A DNA stretch of 64,000 nucleotides from positions 124,001 to 188,000 of the forward strand of contig CM035352.1 in NCBI GenBank assembly GCA_020137815.1. Reading direction: 5' to 3'. This DNA is from Hormiphora californensis. Lineage: Eukaryota; Animalia; Ctenophora. Positions within the stretch are counted from its first letter, which is position 1, and each line of letters begins with the position of its first letter. Below the pieces are notes generated by a model. The model did not search any database. It had not been told where the DNA came from and saw nothing but the letters and a program-made list of their open reading frames with translations. Below are positions 1-15,934 of this stretch, piece by piece. The translations under genes were made by a program, and so were the position numbers.

Positions 1-76
1 TGAAAAAAGTTATTACTGCATTCTGGCACGCGCGGCTTTGGGGGGGATGGTCACCTTTGCGCTTGCCAGCGCAGTG

Positions 77-460
77 ATATATGGAATCGGTAACAGTAAT
101 GAGTATGCTCAGGCATTGGGACCCTGAGACGTAGTTTACGGCCACTAATAATCCTAGTGGACGCCCTCACTCATCACACTCATTAATGAGATCATTGGTG
201 CTATATGAATACCACGTATATAATATGCATTAGGGTTATCACGAAAAGCTGCATATCAGTGGCACCTGACTATCTGGAAATCAGGGTTTTTATATGAATA
301 CCACATATTATACACAGAAGGGATCATTATTAAAGCGGTGTATCAGTGGCACCTGACCATCTTGAGAACAGGTTTTTTTATGAATACCACATATACACAG
401 AAGGAATCATTATTCAAACGGTGTAACAGTAGCACCTGACCATCTGGAAATCAGGGTTTT
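77..460. repeat. ~380-bp direct repeat, copy 1, with internal tandem subrepeats
   Basis: Near-identical to 5769-6148 (atatatggaatcggtaacagtaatgag...catctggaaatcagggtttt). Confidence 0.9.
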
Positions 461-593
461 TTATGAATACCACGTATATGCAGTAGGAACAAAATCTTCT
501 CTTGAATAAAAGAAGAAGAAGAAGTAAAGCAGAAGAAGGAACAGCTACAAAAGTAGGCCGGAATGGCAACCTTTTTGCTTGCCAGCGCAGTGA

Positions 594-3727
<3,134 letters not shown>

Positions 3728-4859
3728 TTCCTATTGTATGTCAGATAATGATTAAGTGCTTAAAAATCCATGGAAAACCGTTTAAATAGACTAGGAATAA
3801 ATAAAACAAGCCGGTTTCAGTGGAAATAATTCTAAAAACCACGAGCATATAATGTTTAATTCCTCAAAATGTCTTCTCTTCAAAACAATAACTGCATTCA
3901 GGAGGGAGGGAGGGATGTTTTAACTCTCCTCTTATCTTGTGTGTGGGGTATAGTGAAAAAAGATCGGGACTAAAAAATTTTTCAGGTATTTTACTAATAC
4001 CGATATTAGCAATTTACTGTCGCCTGTCATTGGCATGTTACAAGTTCATATCAGCATCTTTGTACCGCAAAGAAACCAAGAAAATAGAGCGGAAACATCT
4101 TGTCAGCAATTGGTAGGCCCTTTGTGTGTGCCTACGGATCTGGAGGAGTGTGGAGTTAGAGAAAACATTAAAATTAACATATTTAAAGCAAATAGGGAAA
4201 TGCCGTATGACGTTTTTTTAACCATTATTATATGTGGCATGTTAGCACGTGCAGGTTTAGAGGTGGATGTCAACAGTTCGACTGGTGATGTCAGTGCTCC
4301 TTAACCCAGATACCACCTCCCCGTAATTTGCCCGTAGGGCGAACGGGTTTACTAGTCCATATATAACTAGAAAAGTTAAACAAACAACAATGGTAACAAT
4401 CAACTTACAACCCATTATGTTCTGTTACGTCCATCAGTAAAGTATCCTCCGTCTTCACTGTGCTTGTCAGGGGCACCAGCATCTCCACCTGCGGGTCCCT
4501 TATATTCAGGCCTTCCAAATCAAGGACTTCCAAATCCGGGGTGGGGGGAGGGATGGTCAGGTTCCTGTGTGGGGGTACCGGGTATATCGGGCAATTTGAG
4601 GGAGATTGGGGTAACAAAGTATCATGGCATATGGACATGATCATAAAGTCGGGACACTTTTGCAAGGTTCAGTTAGTTGGCCATAATGGATGCTGATCCA
4701 ATTCCAAAACATGCTAATATATTAGCATGTTTTGGAATTTGGAGTTACCAGTCGGCCTCGGTATATATAATACTCAGTAATCAGCCCACTAATCATTGAA
4801 TATTGAGTAATTTGGAATGTTTGAGATTTAGTAAACTAATTTTGTCTCGAGATCACTTA

Positions 4860-5300
4860 CGGTTGGTCCAGGAGGAGCATAACTGGGGTACTAGCAGCTC
4901 GGGGAGTAGCGGGGGTTCCAGTGGTTGACTTTCCAGCTTTACCACGGTTACCAGGTCGGCCAGGGGTATACGGTACCACTCTTTTATTTTTGGCCGGCTT
5001 ACCATGCTTGACCCAGCTGAAACGAGATTATATTTGGGATTGATGAGTGTTTCACAAACAGCTTTATCAATGATCAATCAGCGAGGAGTCATGGAAATCG
5101 GAAAAGGGGAAATCAATTAACGAAATGTAATCATATGTCTCTTACCAACGTCTTTCGACGTGCCCAGGTTTGTCACAGAACCAGCATTTCGGTTTCCCAG
5201 CCGGTGCGGCCGGTCGAGCGGCCTCTCTGTCCATCTTTATAACCGTAGCTAGTCCTTCCAGGTAAGTTTTCAAAAACATATGCTCGCCCATTGCTAAAGA
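4860..5300 (-). CDS. Spliced CCHC zinc-knuckle (gag-like) protein, partial model
   Basis: Exon ending ...CWFCDKPGHVERR TG|gtaag (~5145) joins tttcag|C TGG GTC AAG CAT GGT (~5017), giving CWFCDKPGHVERRCWVKHGKP (CX2CX4HX4C). Start and 3' exons uncertain. Confidence 0.6.
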
Positions 5301-5768
5301 TAGATATATGTAGTTAGTAACGACGTACAGTCGGACGTCCATATACTGGGATACTCTGGTGAAGGGGTTTTGCCCGGGAAATTGGGACAATAGAGAGGGG
5401 GTACTACACTGCACGTGCTGACGGAAAGAGGTTGTTAGGGGGTTCGAGGGGGTATTTGGGGTATATACGAGGTGGGTTATACAACACTGGATAAGAAATG
5501 GTTGAGATAGTCACCCGGGGATTTAATGTAGGGTAGGATGAGGGCCTGGACTCTACCATACTGTATATAGTAATACAAAGAGCCAGCAGATGAAGGATTT
5601 TTTCTGAATATTAGGTGTGATACGAGGAGAAATCGGCGGATAAATGAGAACAATTTGGGGTATTCACGTGCAAGAGGTAGGTTATAAAATAGTGGATGAT
5701 TTGCACACCCATGATCTTAAAACTGCGAGATGTATTATATGAATATATATATATATATTATATGGGGC

Positions 5769-6148
5769 ATATATGGAATCGGTAACAGTAATGAGTATGC
5801 TCAGGCATTGGGACCCTGAGACGTAGTTTACGGCCACTAATAATCCTAGTGGACGCCCTCACTCATCACACTCATTAATGAGATCATTGGTGCTATATGA
5901 ATACCACGTATATAATATGCATTAGGGTTATCACGAAAAGCTGCATATCAGTGGCACCTGACCATCTTGAGAACAGGTTTTTATATGAATACCACGTATA
6001 CACAGAAGGGATCATTATTAAAGCGGTGTATCAGTGGCACCTGACCATCTTGAGAACAGGTTTTTTTATGAATACCACATATACACAGAAGGAATCATTA
6101 TTCAAACGGTGTAACAGTAGCACCTGACCATCTGGAAATCAGGGTTTT
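5769..6148. repeat. ~380-bp direct repeat, copy 2
   Basis: Matches 77-460; flanked by TA runs. Confidence 0.9.
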
Positions 6149-6157
6149 ATATATATC

Positions 6158-6618
6158 TGTCGCATCATTTTCTGAATCTCCGCACAAAATACCAACATGC
6201 AAAGAAGTGCTTGCTGCTCAGTTTGTTTTGATGTTAGTGACTTGAAACACAGTACATCGTTTAGAGAAGTTAATTGTCGATGTCTAGGTCTACCCCATTG
6301 ATTTCGATACCCTGATTGACAACCGTATCTTTTCTAATGTTGGATAAAGTGCACAAATTGAGCATAATTGGGTCTAATTGACTAAATTAGTAATTAACTA
6401 CAATTTTTCTCCTGTAGGTTGTTATGTTGAAAGAAGGGTTAGAACATAATATGTTCTAACCCTTCTTTACATGCGCACGAAACACAGTTTAGCTAGGCAG
6501 GCTGTAGGGTGTACGATGTACTTTGTTTTAAGTCAAACAAACTGAGAAGCAAGCAATTCTTTGCATGTTGGTATTTTGTGCTAGTCGTTTGTGCAGAGAT
6601 TTTGAAAATGATGCGACA
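6158..6618. mobile_element. MITE with long imperfect TIRs
   Basis: tgtcgcatcatttt...caaaataccaacatgcaaagaa pairs with ttctttgcatgttggtattttg...aaaatgatgcgaca; internal hairpin at 6431-6467. Confidence 0.75.
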
Positions 6619-7698
6619 CTGCTGACAGATCCTGTTTTTAAAAAAAACCAGGTCGAATCCTAGGAAATAGGAAGTACGACTGTTAAAGGAGCAAAGGTTA
6701 GCCTAATCGGAATCAGAATCGCTGCCAATGTCATCGTCATTTAGACCAACCTTGCAGTCCTTGTGGTTAAGCTTTAGCCTTTTGAACTTTTTCAAATGGT
6801 CAACCACCCAGTCGGAAAGACTCTTTTTTGTGCTTTGGTGGAAAAGATTTTGATTGACCTCTTCGAAACCGGGAAATCCGATCCGTCCTCCACGGTTTTC
6901 GCTAAACAATGCTGCCTCCTCCATTTTTTTCAGCATGTATTGGAACTCCTTACAAGTATCAATCCTCTTCTTCTTCTTCTTTTTATCGGTAAGGAACTCC
7001 CGTTCATAGAGGACCTTTATTTCTCGGACCCACGACAAAGATTTGCTGTGCTTGATGACAGTGTCGACATTGACGTTGTTCCGTGGAACCACCGTTTTCA
7101 ACCAGTTGTTCAGCAGCTCATTATAATAGTCGGCGGATAACCGCCGACCTTTGCCTTCGCTGATGCCAACAGTGCGGTTCCATTTAACGATGAATGCGTC
7201 CTTCTCTGATAGGAGAGATTTCAGAGATACAAGCAGTTGCAGAACGGCAAATGCATATTTATGGCTCTTTTGCTGCCTAAAGAAGATAAGGAGAAATTTG
7301 TAGGTCGTGATGATAAGTTCACCGTTACCCTCCTTCACAGCATCTTCGCCGACAAGTAAAAGAAAACCACAGTACAAGGTCAGCCTAACATAGTTATACT
7401 GGTGGTCTTCTTTTTTTTTCAATCCAATCAGTTGGAGTCCAGGATGATATTTCTGGATGTGGTAATTGATCTGCCCTTGACTGCACCCCTTCAATTGATT
7501 ACAATGAGGACAATCATGAGAAAACCCTTTACCCCCTCCCAGCTGATACTGGAGGTGCTGGGGACGGATAATGTCTTCCAGCATCGTTTTCACATGCCCC
7601 TTCAACAAGCTGTGATATTCTTGATCTGAGAGGTCTTCTTCTAGGCCAAGACTTTTCCCCTCTGCATATGACCTCCAAAAGCCAACAATACAAACTTC

Positions 7699-8112
7699 GG
7701 TAATATACCAATTCTTGGTGTTCGAAGGAAATAGCGCTAATTAGCGGTTTTAATAGCGCTAATTAGCGCTAATTAGCGCTAATTAGCGCTAATTAGCGAT
7801 AGCGCTATTTATCGATAGCGCTAATAGCGCTAATAATAGCGCTATTTCACAAAATAGCGCTATTTTTAAGTGCAAAAAGCGCTAAAATAGCGCTACCGCT
7901 AATTACCGCTATTTGTGACCGCTAATTAGCGCTAATTAGCGGTCACAAATAGCGCTATTTTATAAAATAGCGCTATTTTTAGCGCTTCTAACACTTTTTA
8001 TAAATATCGAAATCTTAAATAGCGCTAATTAGCGCTAATTAGCGCTAATTAGCGCTCCTAAAATCGCTAATTAGCGCTATTTCCTTCGAACACCAAGAAT
8101 TGGTATATTACC
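7699..8112. mobile_element. Merlin-like MITE (GG...CC ends, 48-bp perfect TIR, 8-bp TSD caaacttc)
   Basis: TSD at 7691-7698 and 8113-8120. Removal restores the transposase frame (LQTEV|CIVGFWRSY...LLKGHVK). Interior built of tagcgcta repeats. Confidence 0.85.
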
Positions 8113-8569
8113 CAAACTTCAGTTTGGAGACGTATCATGTCCAAACAAGCGATATTGTACTTTTTGACATGTCGGATAACGTTCTCCTTACTACTTGAAG
8201 TCATGGCGCGCTTATTTTCAATTAAACACGCATTACCTGCTAGGGTCCCTACACTGCCCAAAGATGCGTTGTCGTACAGCAGTTTGTAGGCCCTTTGTAG
8301 AAGAGCCTGTAAAGCGTGCCAGTCCTCGAATACCGGTATCATTGCACGGACACATGACTGCGGTTCGTCAGCTTTGGCCAATTGACAGCTGTCATATCTC
8401 TCCTTAGTCATTAGGTCCCCTCCAACTACTGTCGATCGGTATGGATTGGCGGAGTCTACTGCTAAAGAAGTAGATGGACCAGGCATTTGTTCGGCAGACG
8501 TTGGTCCTGTATAAAACAATTATTGATTACCAACTTCATTATATCAAAGTGAGAGGTGCACGAGTCGGA

Positions 8570-8920
8570 ATAGTTTCCAATTCTAAACAAATACTGTGTA
8601 ACATTCCTTCGTGGCAATTAAAAGTTTGGTGGAATATTGACGTCTCAAAGCTGTGTTTGAAATTCCTTCATAGCTAGGGACGTGCATGCACGAGCAAGTG
8701 TCAAACACAAGCTAGAAGCATGGGACCTTCAGTCTTCACTAAAGTGTTCCTTGGATGAAAAGAAACAAGTTGGCGAAGGTCCCATGCTTCTAACGTGTGT
8801 TTGAAGCTTGCACGTGCATGTGTGTTCCTAGTAATCAATGAGTCTTAAACATAACACTGAGTCACCTCCCTTTTAATTGGACACCAAGGAATGTTACAAA
8901 CAATTTGTTTGGAATTAGAA
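8570..8920. mobile_element. Palindromic MITE in a transposase intron (half-copy at ~11555-11712)
   Basis: Arms such as tagaagcatgggaccttc / gaaggtcccatgcttcta and aacattcctt..caattaaaag / ttttaattg..aaggaatgtt. Confidence 0.7.
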
Positions 8921-10436
8921 ATTAGTATTATGGTTTGACATTTTGCAAAGACGTCACTTTGTGACGTCATAACGATCATCATGGTAGACATTTTGACTTG
9001 GAACCTTAGGGGTCGAAAAGTGCCTAAATGGGCTAAAACTTCGAAATTGTTGTATATTTACGCTGTTGGCAAGAGGGCCCAACTTTTTGGGGGAGAGGAT
9101 GGGGCCACCTTTGCGCTTGCCAGCGCAGCGGTTACAATATCTATTGGAAGTTGGAAATATATGTTGGTGTGCCAGTATTGTATGTATAATAATACACTGT
9201 GGGACCCCAATTCAAGTTACACACATGTATACCTTGTGAACTGCTTGTACGTTGCGGTTTCTTAAGTGGCATGTATTTCTCGTAATCTTCTGTAAGGATA
9301 TCCAACATTCCTGATGAAAAACAAGGCAATAGTAATTAATATTGTTTTATATTAGTTCTAATCTAAGTTTTAATCTAAACTAATCTACGTTTAAAATTCT
9401 AAAAAGCAAAACGATATAATTTTGTTAGAATCATGACGCCCATCATAATCGAACCTGATGTCTTCTGTTCGGACTTATCCACGACTCCAAGCGGCACTAA
9501 AAGGCTCATGTTCGAAAGATCATTGGTGAACTCGTGAACAATGTGCCTGTTAATGGCACGCCGTTTCCCAGGTTGTCGATCAGTGATGACGCGAACTGAC
9601 AACACGGTCATTACTTCTAGCATCACTTCAAAGTCGTTGTCCGAAGGCAGAATATCCTTGGTAGTGAGCAATTCTATTTCGATTTCCGGCGTGCTTTTTA
9701 GGGTTAAGGGCGGTGGTATTTCCAAAACCTACGGTGATAAAGTTTTAAACCAATGTAGTATGGTGAAAAGTTGTCACTCATTTCGAAAGCTATTAGGTAT
9801 AGTATTTTGCCTGCGTAGCGGGCGCAAACATGAGGGGTACGGCGTAGTCACCTGTGCATATAGATGGTAGAGGTGCATGATTGCGTCCTTTTTGTTCAGT
9901 GCAGCGAACCGGGTAAGGGTGAGAAAATCCGCGTTATCCCCGACAATTTTAATGTGGATTTTTGAACCTTGTACCTAGGATACATGTAGGTGCAGTGATG
10001 AATATTTTTTAACTTGTACATGAATTGGTCAAGCCTCGATCATGGGGGCGTGACGTGCCCGAGTAAATTAATAACATTGTATGTAGGTATGTACCGTTAG
10101 TATACTAATGAAAAAACAAAAGGGGTCTCTCTCTTTCTTCCCACGGGACACACTATACTAGTACCTTGATTCCGGAAGAAGGTTTAGAATTCTTAGCTTT
10201 TACGCATAGTGCACCCTGTGAGTTTACGGAGATAACTGTCTCGTTACGTTTAAAGTTCATTCTTGTATAAGAACCCAGAGTATCCAGCATAAATTCCTCA
10301 CTGGATTCTACCTTTTCCTAAAATGAAACGGCAAAAATGTATAGAAGGCAATAAGGGGGACAGACCGGGACAGAAAGAAATATCCTAATATACGAGCGAG
10401 AATAGTTTGTTTAGTTATTTTATACATACACTTACC

Positions 10437-10654
10437 GGGGGGAAGGGGGGGGGGGGGTTTCATGTTAATTTGTGTAACAATACAAACTTTTTTTGAATCA
10501 TTAACATCAATTAACAAAATAGGAAAAACTATAGAAAGTGGCCTGAGCTAGGAGCTCAAATTGAGCATTTGTTAATCGATGTTAATAATGTGTTACAACA
10601 GTACACACTTTTTCGATGTTAGTTAACAAAATTAACATCACCCCCCCCCCCCCC
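10437..10654. mobile_element. MITE with poly-G/poly-C ends and 8-bp TSD cacttacc
   Basis: cacttacc at 10429-10436 and 10655-10662; inverted arms atgttaattt..taac / gttaacaaaattaacat. Confidence 0.65.
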
Positions 10655-11944
10655 CACTTACCTTTAAAACCAAAATAAGTTTGTCATGATCTTTCCCTGC
10701 ACTTGTGATGAGACGATTTATTGTTGATGGAGAAACGGTTATTCCTTGTCTCCCCATAACTTGTAACGCTCTCATAGAACTGCCCTGGGTGTAGTGGTAG
10801 ATTGCAGATTGGCATGCCCTAACCTTTGGCTGATATCTCGAGTTCCCTGAAGTGTGTGTGATTGATTAGAAAATAGCGAGATTAATACCAATCGTCATTT
10901 GATTAATGTCCTTACTTTTTAGCAAAAAGAGAATCTGATTTGTAATCTCAAATTCCATGGATACGTTTTTTTCGTTTCTGAAAATAGGGGTTTCTTATTC
11001 GGTGTGGGTGTCGTAATACACGAGAGTAAGGTATCACTGCCCTGGCAAGCGCAAAGGTTACCATGCCCCCATCCGACCCCCCGAAACCGGCTTCAATTTG
11101 GCCACTCGCTAGTCCCAGGATCTCCAAATAAATCTATATCTATATCTAGACCGTCCTCCTAGTACGTACTAGTTTGCTGCTACCATACTGATTTTTTTAC
11201 CTATTACTGTCGAAGATACTCTTGAGGAGACTGTATAGGCTTGGTACCATTGCTGTAACTTCCTCTTTCAATAGTTCGGAGCTCACTGATGTGCCACTGT
11301 GTTGAAGTTCACCATCTAGTTGTGGGTATAGTGGATGTTAAGTCAGCGTATTCGTGATTTTCTAATCAACATATAATTATATATTATATAATGCAATATT
11401 TACTTCTCTGAGATGCACCGAAACTTTTCCTTGGCATCTGGTCTTTCCCAGCAGCATTTGCCTCTAAAGCAATTATCTTAGACAACTGAAAAAGTTGTGT
11501 CGTATTAACTTCCACTGATCAAGTTAAAGTGAGTTAAAGTGCACGAAAACGAAATTTGGAATAATGTCTAAACTAATTGTTAGTTACATTCCTTGGTGTC
11601 CAATTAAAAGTTTGGTGAAATGATGACGTCTCTATGTTGTGTTTGAAATTCCTTCATAACTAGTCCGAACGCGCATGCACGAGCAAGCTTCAAACACAAG
11701 TTAGAAACATGTCATGTAGTAGTATACGTATTTATTTCACCTGTGCTATTTGAGAGGTGGCTCCTGGTTTGTTCTTCGGGAACTGAAATAGTTTAAGAAG
11801 TCAAAATTAGTTAACAAGCTAATTCCTTCACTAAATGACCCTAATTAGGACCTCCGAATAACCAAAGAAAGTTCAAATAAAAAATTGTTAAATGTCTTTC
11901 CTATTAGTGATATGGCCTCTCAATTATTACAGAGAGAATCTATG

Positions 11945-12153
<209 letters not shown>

Positions 12154-12526
12154 GTCCCTAAGTCCTGACTTGTTTAATTGTGTATGGGATGGCAGGATGC
12201 ATGATTATTGAGACGCTACATATCTCTAATATGAAAGCACGTAGAGATATAATGATGTTTTCACAGTAATTGTTAATTGCTGCATCGACTCTATAGAATT
12301 GAGTGAGAAACAACGCAATTGTAAAACATTTTTGAAGCCAGGTGTAACTGAGATTTCTGAGAGATTTGTAGTGGCGTATCTAGCTGGGCTGGCTAGGTAG
12401 TAATAAACATTGGGAACTGGTATACATTGCAATTAGTGTCAAATAATGCACACCTCTAACTTAGAGACAAATTACGTATCCCACTGATGGGAAAACGTTA
12501 CCCCTGATGTTTTAATTTTACCACTA

Positions 12527-12691
12527 CAGTCGGACCCCGATTTAACGGCACCCTCGGGGAAAAGGATTTTGTCTGTTAAATCGGGGTGTCCGCTAGATCG
12601 GGGTCAAATAATGTTAATTTCCCATATTTCGGGGGAAGATTATGCTGCCGTTAAATCAGGGTACGGGGGCCGCTAAATCGGGGTCCGACTG
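12527..12691. mobile_element. Tc1/mariner-type MITE family (TA|CAGTCGGACCCCGATTTA...); other copies 1488-1550, 16733-17039, 19785-19919, 40975-41113
   Basis: TIR cagtcggaccccgattta / taaatcggggtccgactg, with TA duplication in most copies. Confidence 0.85.
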
Positions 12692-13447
12692 TATATATAT
12701 AGCTAAATAAACCGCAAACTATAAGTTTGCGGTTTATTTAGCTATCTCACTCTATTACTAATAACCTAACAGCAAATCATATATTTACTGTTTGCCTCAT
12801 CCATAGACAGTGTTTGCAGCAGTCCTTGCACATGGCCTCGCTGTCCGTGCACTGAACTTTCATGTGCTCGCTGAGAAGTTTCAACAGCTCCAGCTGATTG
12901 GCCATAAAAAACCTATTCCATGTCGCTGGAGCTGTTGGCTTCTCGCACAAAACGCACAAATACCCTTTCGCTGAAATGGCATTTTTGTTAAACTTCCAAC
13001 AACTACACCAACAACTACACAGTTATTGTTTGTCATATAAAGTATTAAATAGTTTACTCACCAGTGAAAACCCCGGTGTTATCGAATATCTCTCCCATCA
13101 TGTTGTAAAACCCGGCTGTCCCTAGTCCAGACACATACCGTTTCACTTCAACTAGAACAATATGTATGCGTTATATTATTATATATCTTATACTTCGTTT
13201 CCTAGTTTCTTTTTATTGTCCCCTTACTTCTGATAACCATAATATATTATGCCATACTAACATAAATTAGTTGGCTCACTCTATCCTTCATAATTTACAA
13301 TTTGTGATGGATGGCCTGCAATCTTTTTGCAATGGTTGAAGGGTTGGGCTTCGAATATATTTACCTCTACTTTTCTCTCTCAATAATCACTATCTCTCTT
13401 TACCTCTCTCTATCTCTCTCTCTCTCTCGCTCTCTATCTATCTCTCT

Positions 13448-13522
<75 letters not shown>

Positions 13523-13576
13523 TTCTCTCTTTCTCTCTCTCTCTCTCTCTGTCTCCCTATATCTCCCTCTCTCTCT

Positions 13577-13632
<56 letters not shown>

Positions 13633-14731
13633 GAGTGAATTTAGAGATCTGATCCTCGATCGGGTGATCTGATGACGGGACTTCTTGGAACCCTTAGCAT
13701 ACATAAGGGATGAAGTTTCACCCCTTTTCGCATTACATATATTTGTTAGATTGTATAATATGCACATACCAGTTGTAGAGGTTGGGGTCAAGTGTTTCCG
13801 TTTTATTTCATTCAAGGCAAGATTCAGCATGTCACAATCAGTTAACAATTTATCGATCTCATCGTGTAGTGGTACATACGCAGCCATATAATATATTTTC
13901 CAACTGAAAATGATGAATCAAGCTTTTTGAAACGTTAACCTCAATATTTGAGGAACTAGGGCCTAAATCAATCATTTTTTGACCCTCGGAACCCCCGCCC
14001 CCTCTGGCCTTAATGAATGCCTGCGTTAGGAGTGAGGTACAATATTAACTAGTTTCAAATGTTCAACGGGAACTGACAACCTAAGTGGGCTTCGTGGCTT
14101 GCCAAGTTAGGCTGTTATTAAAATAATAGAGTTGAACAAAACAATTCATGGCAATACTACTTAATCAGTCAAGACATACATTCACGTGACTACGTGGCTG
14201 AATTGATCTCTAGGTAATTCAAGTTAAGTGACTCCGTTCCCGGCTCGTATTTCCCTTAATAAGATAATGCCACCAGGTCGAATAGAAGTATCATTGCATT
14301 AGAGACAGCAATGTTGATGAACTAGAAGCTGCACCTTGATCCAGGTCGAATTATCTCCGACAGTTGCTCTACTCTAAATGAGTAACACCTTGTTTACCCC
14401 TGTAGTTTGCCCAATCACAAACTGAGACGTTATTCCAACCTCGTGTGGTTGTCAATCATCATAATTCAACCCATGAAAGTATATCATGGTGCATAATTCA
14501 ATGTATTCCAGATAAAATTTTCATATCAAGAATTGATCAGGCACATATAAGTGACTCAGCACAGGGACATGGACAGGGATTAGATATTAGAGAACCAACT
14601 CGAATTATTTTCCAGTTACAACCTCAAGCTGGAACTTCTACTGCAGGAACTTCTACTGCGAGATCGGAACCAGAAAGGTATCTTGTTCGAACAAAGAACA
14701 TGTTTTTCATTATTTTCTCTATTTTTCATTA

Positions 14732-15349
14732 CTAGCGCACCCATTGGGTGCGCCTCAAGTAAGGGCTTTTTGATAACCCAGCCGGCTTCGCCGGGTGGTT
14801 CTTTTCGCCCCTTTCCACGTCAATAACATGGTTGCCATGGCAACTGAATTGGTAACTATGGGGACTGGCATGTTAAAAGTCATTCGAAAATATTAACAAA
14901 CTTCCACTGGAAGTTCCAAAAGTGTAAATGGCAGCTTTACAGCTTTGGGTACATGAAATGTTTTATGAAGGAGCAGTCTGTCGCTTGGATACCGCTGAAC
15001 GAACGACTTCGACGACGTTCATCTCCAAATTATAATAGAGACTAGCGCACCCATTGGGTGCGCCTCAAGTAAGGGCTTTTTGATAACCCACCCGGCCTTG
15101 CCGGGTGGTTCTTTTCGCCCTTTCAACGTCAATAACACGGTTGCCATGGCAACTGAATTGGTAACTATGAGGACTGGCCTGTTAAAAGTCTCTCGAAATA
15201 TTAAGAAACTTCCACTGGAACTTTAGAAAGTGTGAATAACAGCTTTACAACTTTCGTCATATGAAGTGTTTTATGAAGGAGCAGCCTGTCGCGTAGATAC
15301 CGCTGAACGAACGACCATCACGACGTTCATCTCCAACTTATAATAGAGA
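14732..15349 (-). mobile_element. Two head-to-tail ~310-bp non-autonomous Helitron-like units
   Basis: Units 14732-15041 and 15042-15349. On the minus strand each starts TC and ends with hairpin gcgcacccaatgggtgcgc overlapping CTAG; the array sits between A and T. Confidence 0.8.
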
Positions 15350-15387
15350 TTTTCTCTATTCTGAAATCTGTTGTGTATATATTATAT

Positions 15388-15612
15388 ATGTGGGACAGTC
15401 GACGTCTGAGTGAGATAATCTCACTCAGACATCACAGAATTTATCCTAAGTGTACAATCTTTTTACAAAAATTAGAGTTGCTATATAAACTAGAGCATCT
15501 CTATCTCTAGCTTATGTAGCAACTCTATTTTTGTATAATATATTGTACACTTAGGAGAAATTCTGTGATGTCTGAGTGAGATTATCTCGCTCAGACGTGG
15601 ACTGTCCCATGT
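15388..15612. mobile_element. Fully palindromic MITE
   Basis: tgggacagtcgacgtctgagtgagataatctc... pairs with ...gagattatctcgctcagacgtggactgtccca over ~105 bp arms. Confidence 0.8.
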
Positions 15613-15901
15613 ACATGGCCGAAGGTTTGCAGCACAATCATTTACAGGTCAGATGATACATACGATGAGGATTTTATTTTGTTGATGATTCATCAGGAGC
15701 AGGATCACCAGTTACCACCGTTTCATTCGGGCCAGAAGAAGACTGTTCATTGGATATATCAGGTTCTTTTCGCCCACTTCAAAAATTTCAATCACCATCG
15801 ACCATCCACCCCAAAGTATGTATCACTAGTCACTACGCTGGCTAGCTTTTCCAGTCGCAAGTTATGACACCACCCCAAAACAGAGAATTTCGTGTGGGGA
15901 G

Positions 15902-15934
<33 letters not shown>

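Noticed and set aside
47-77. acctttgcgcttgccagcgcagtg motif (also ~569-591, ~9109-9131, reverse ~11034-11058) as the AcademH terminus
   Set aside because: It occurs inside introns and in both orientations; more likely ends of a separate CACTG-type MITE family.
7699-8112. MITE acting as an Introner (perfectly spliced insertion)
   Set aside because: The GT/AG combinations at the termini shift the frame (+5 or -1 nt).
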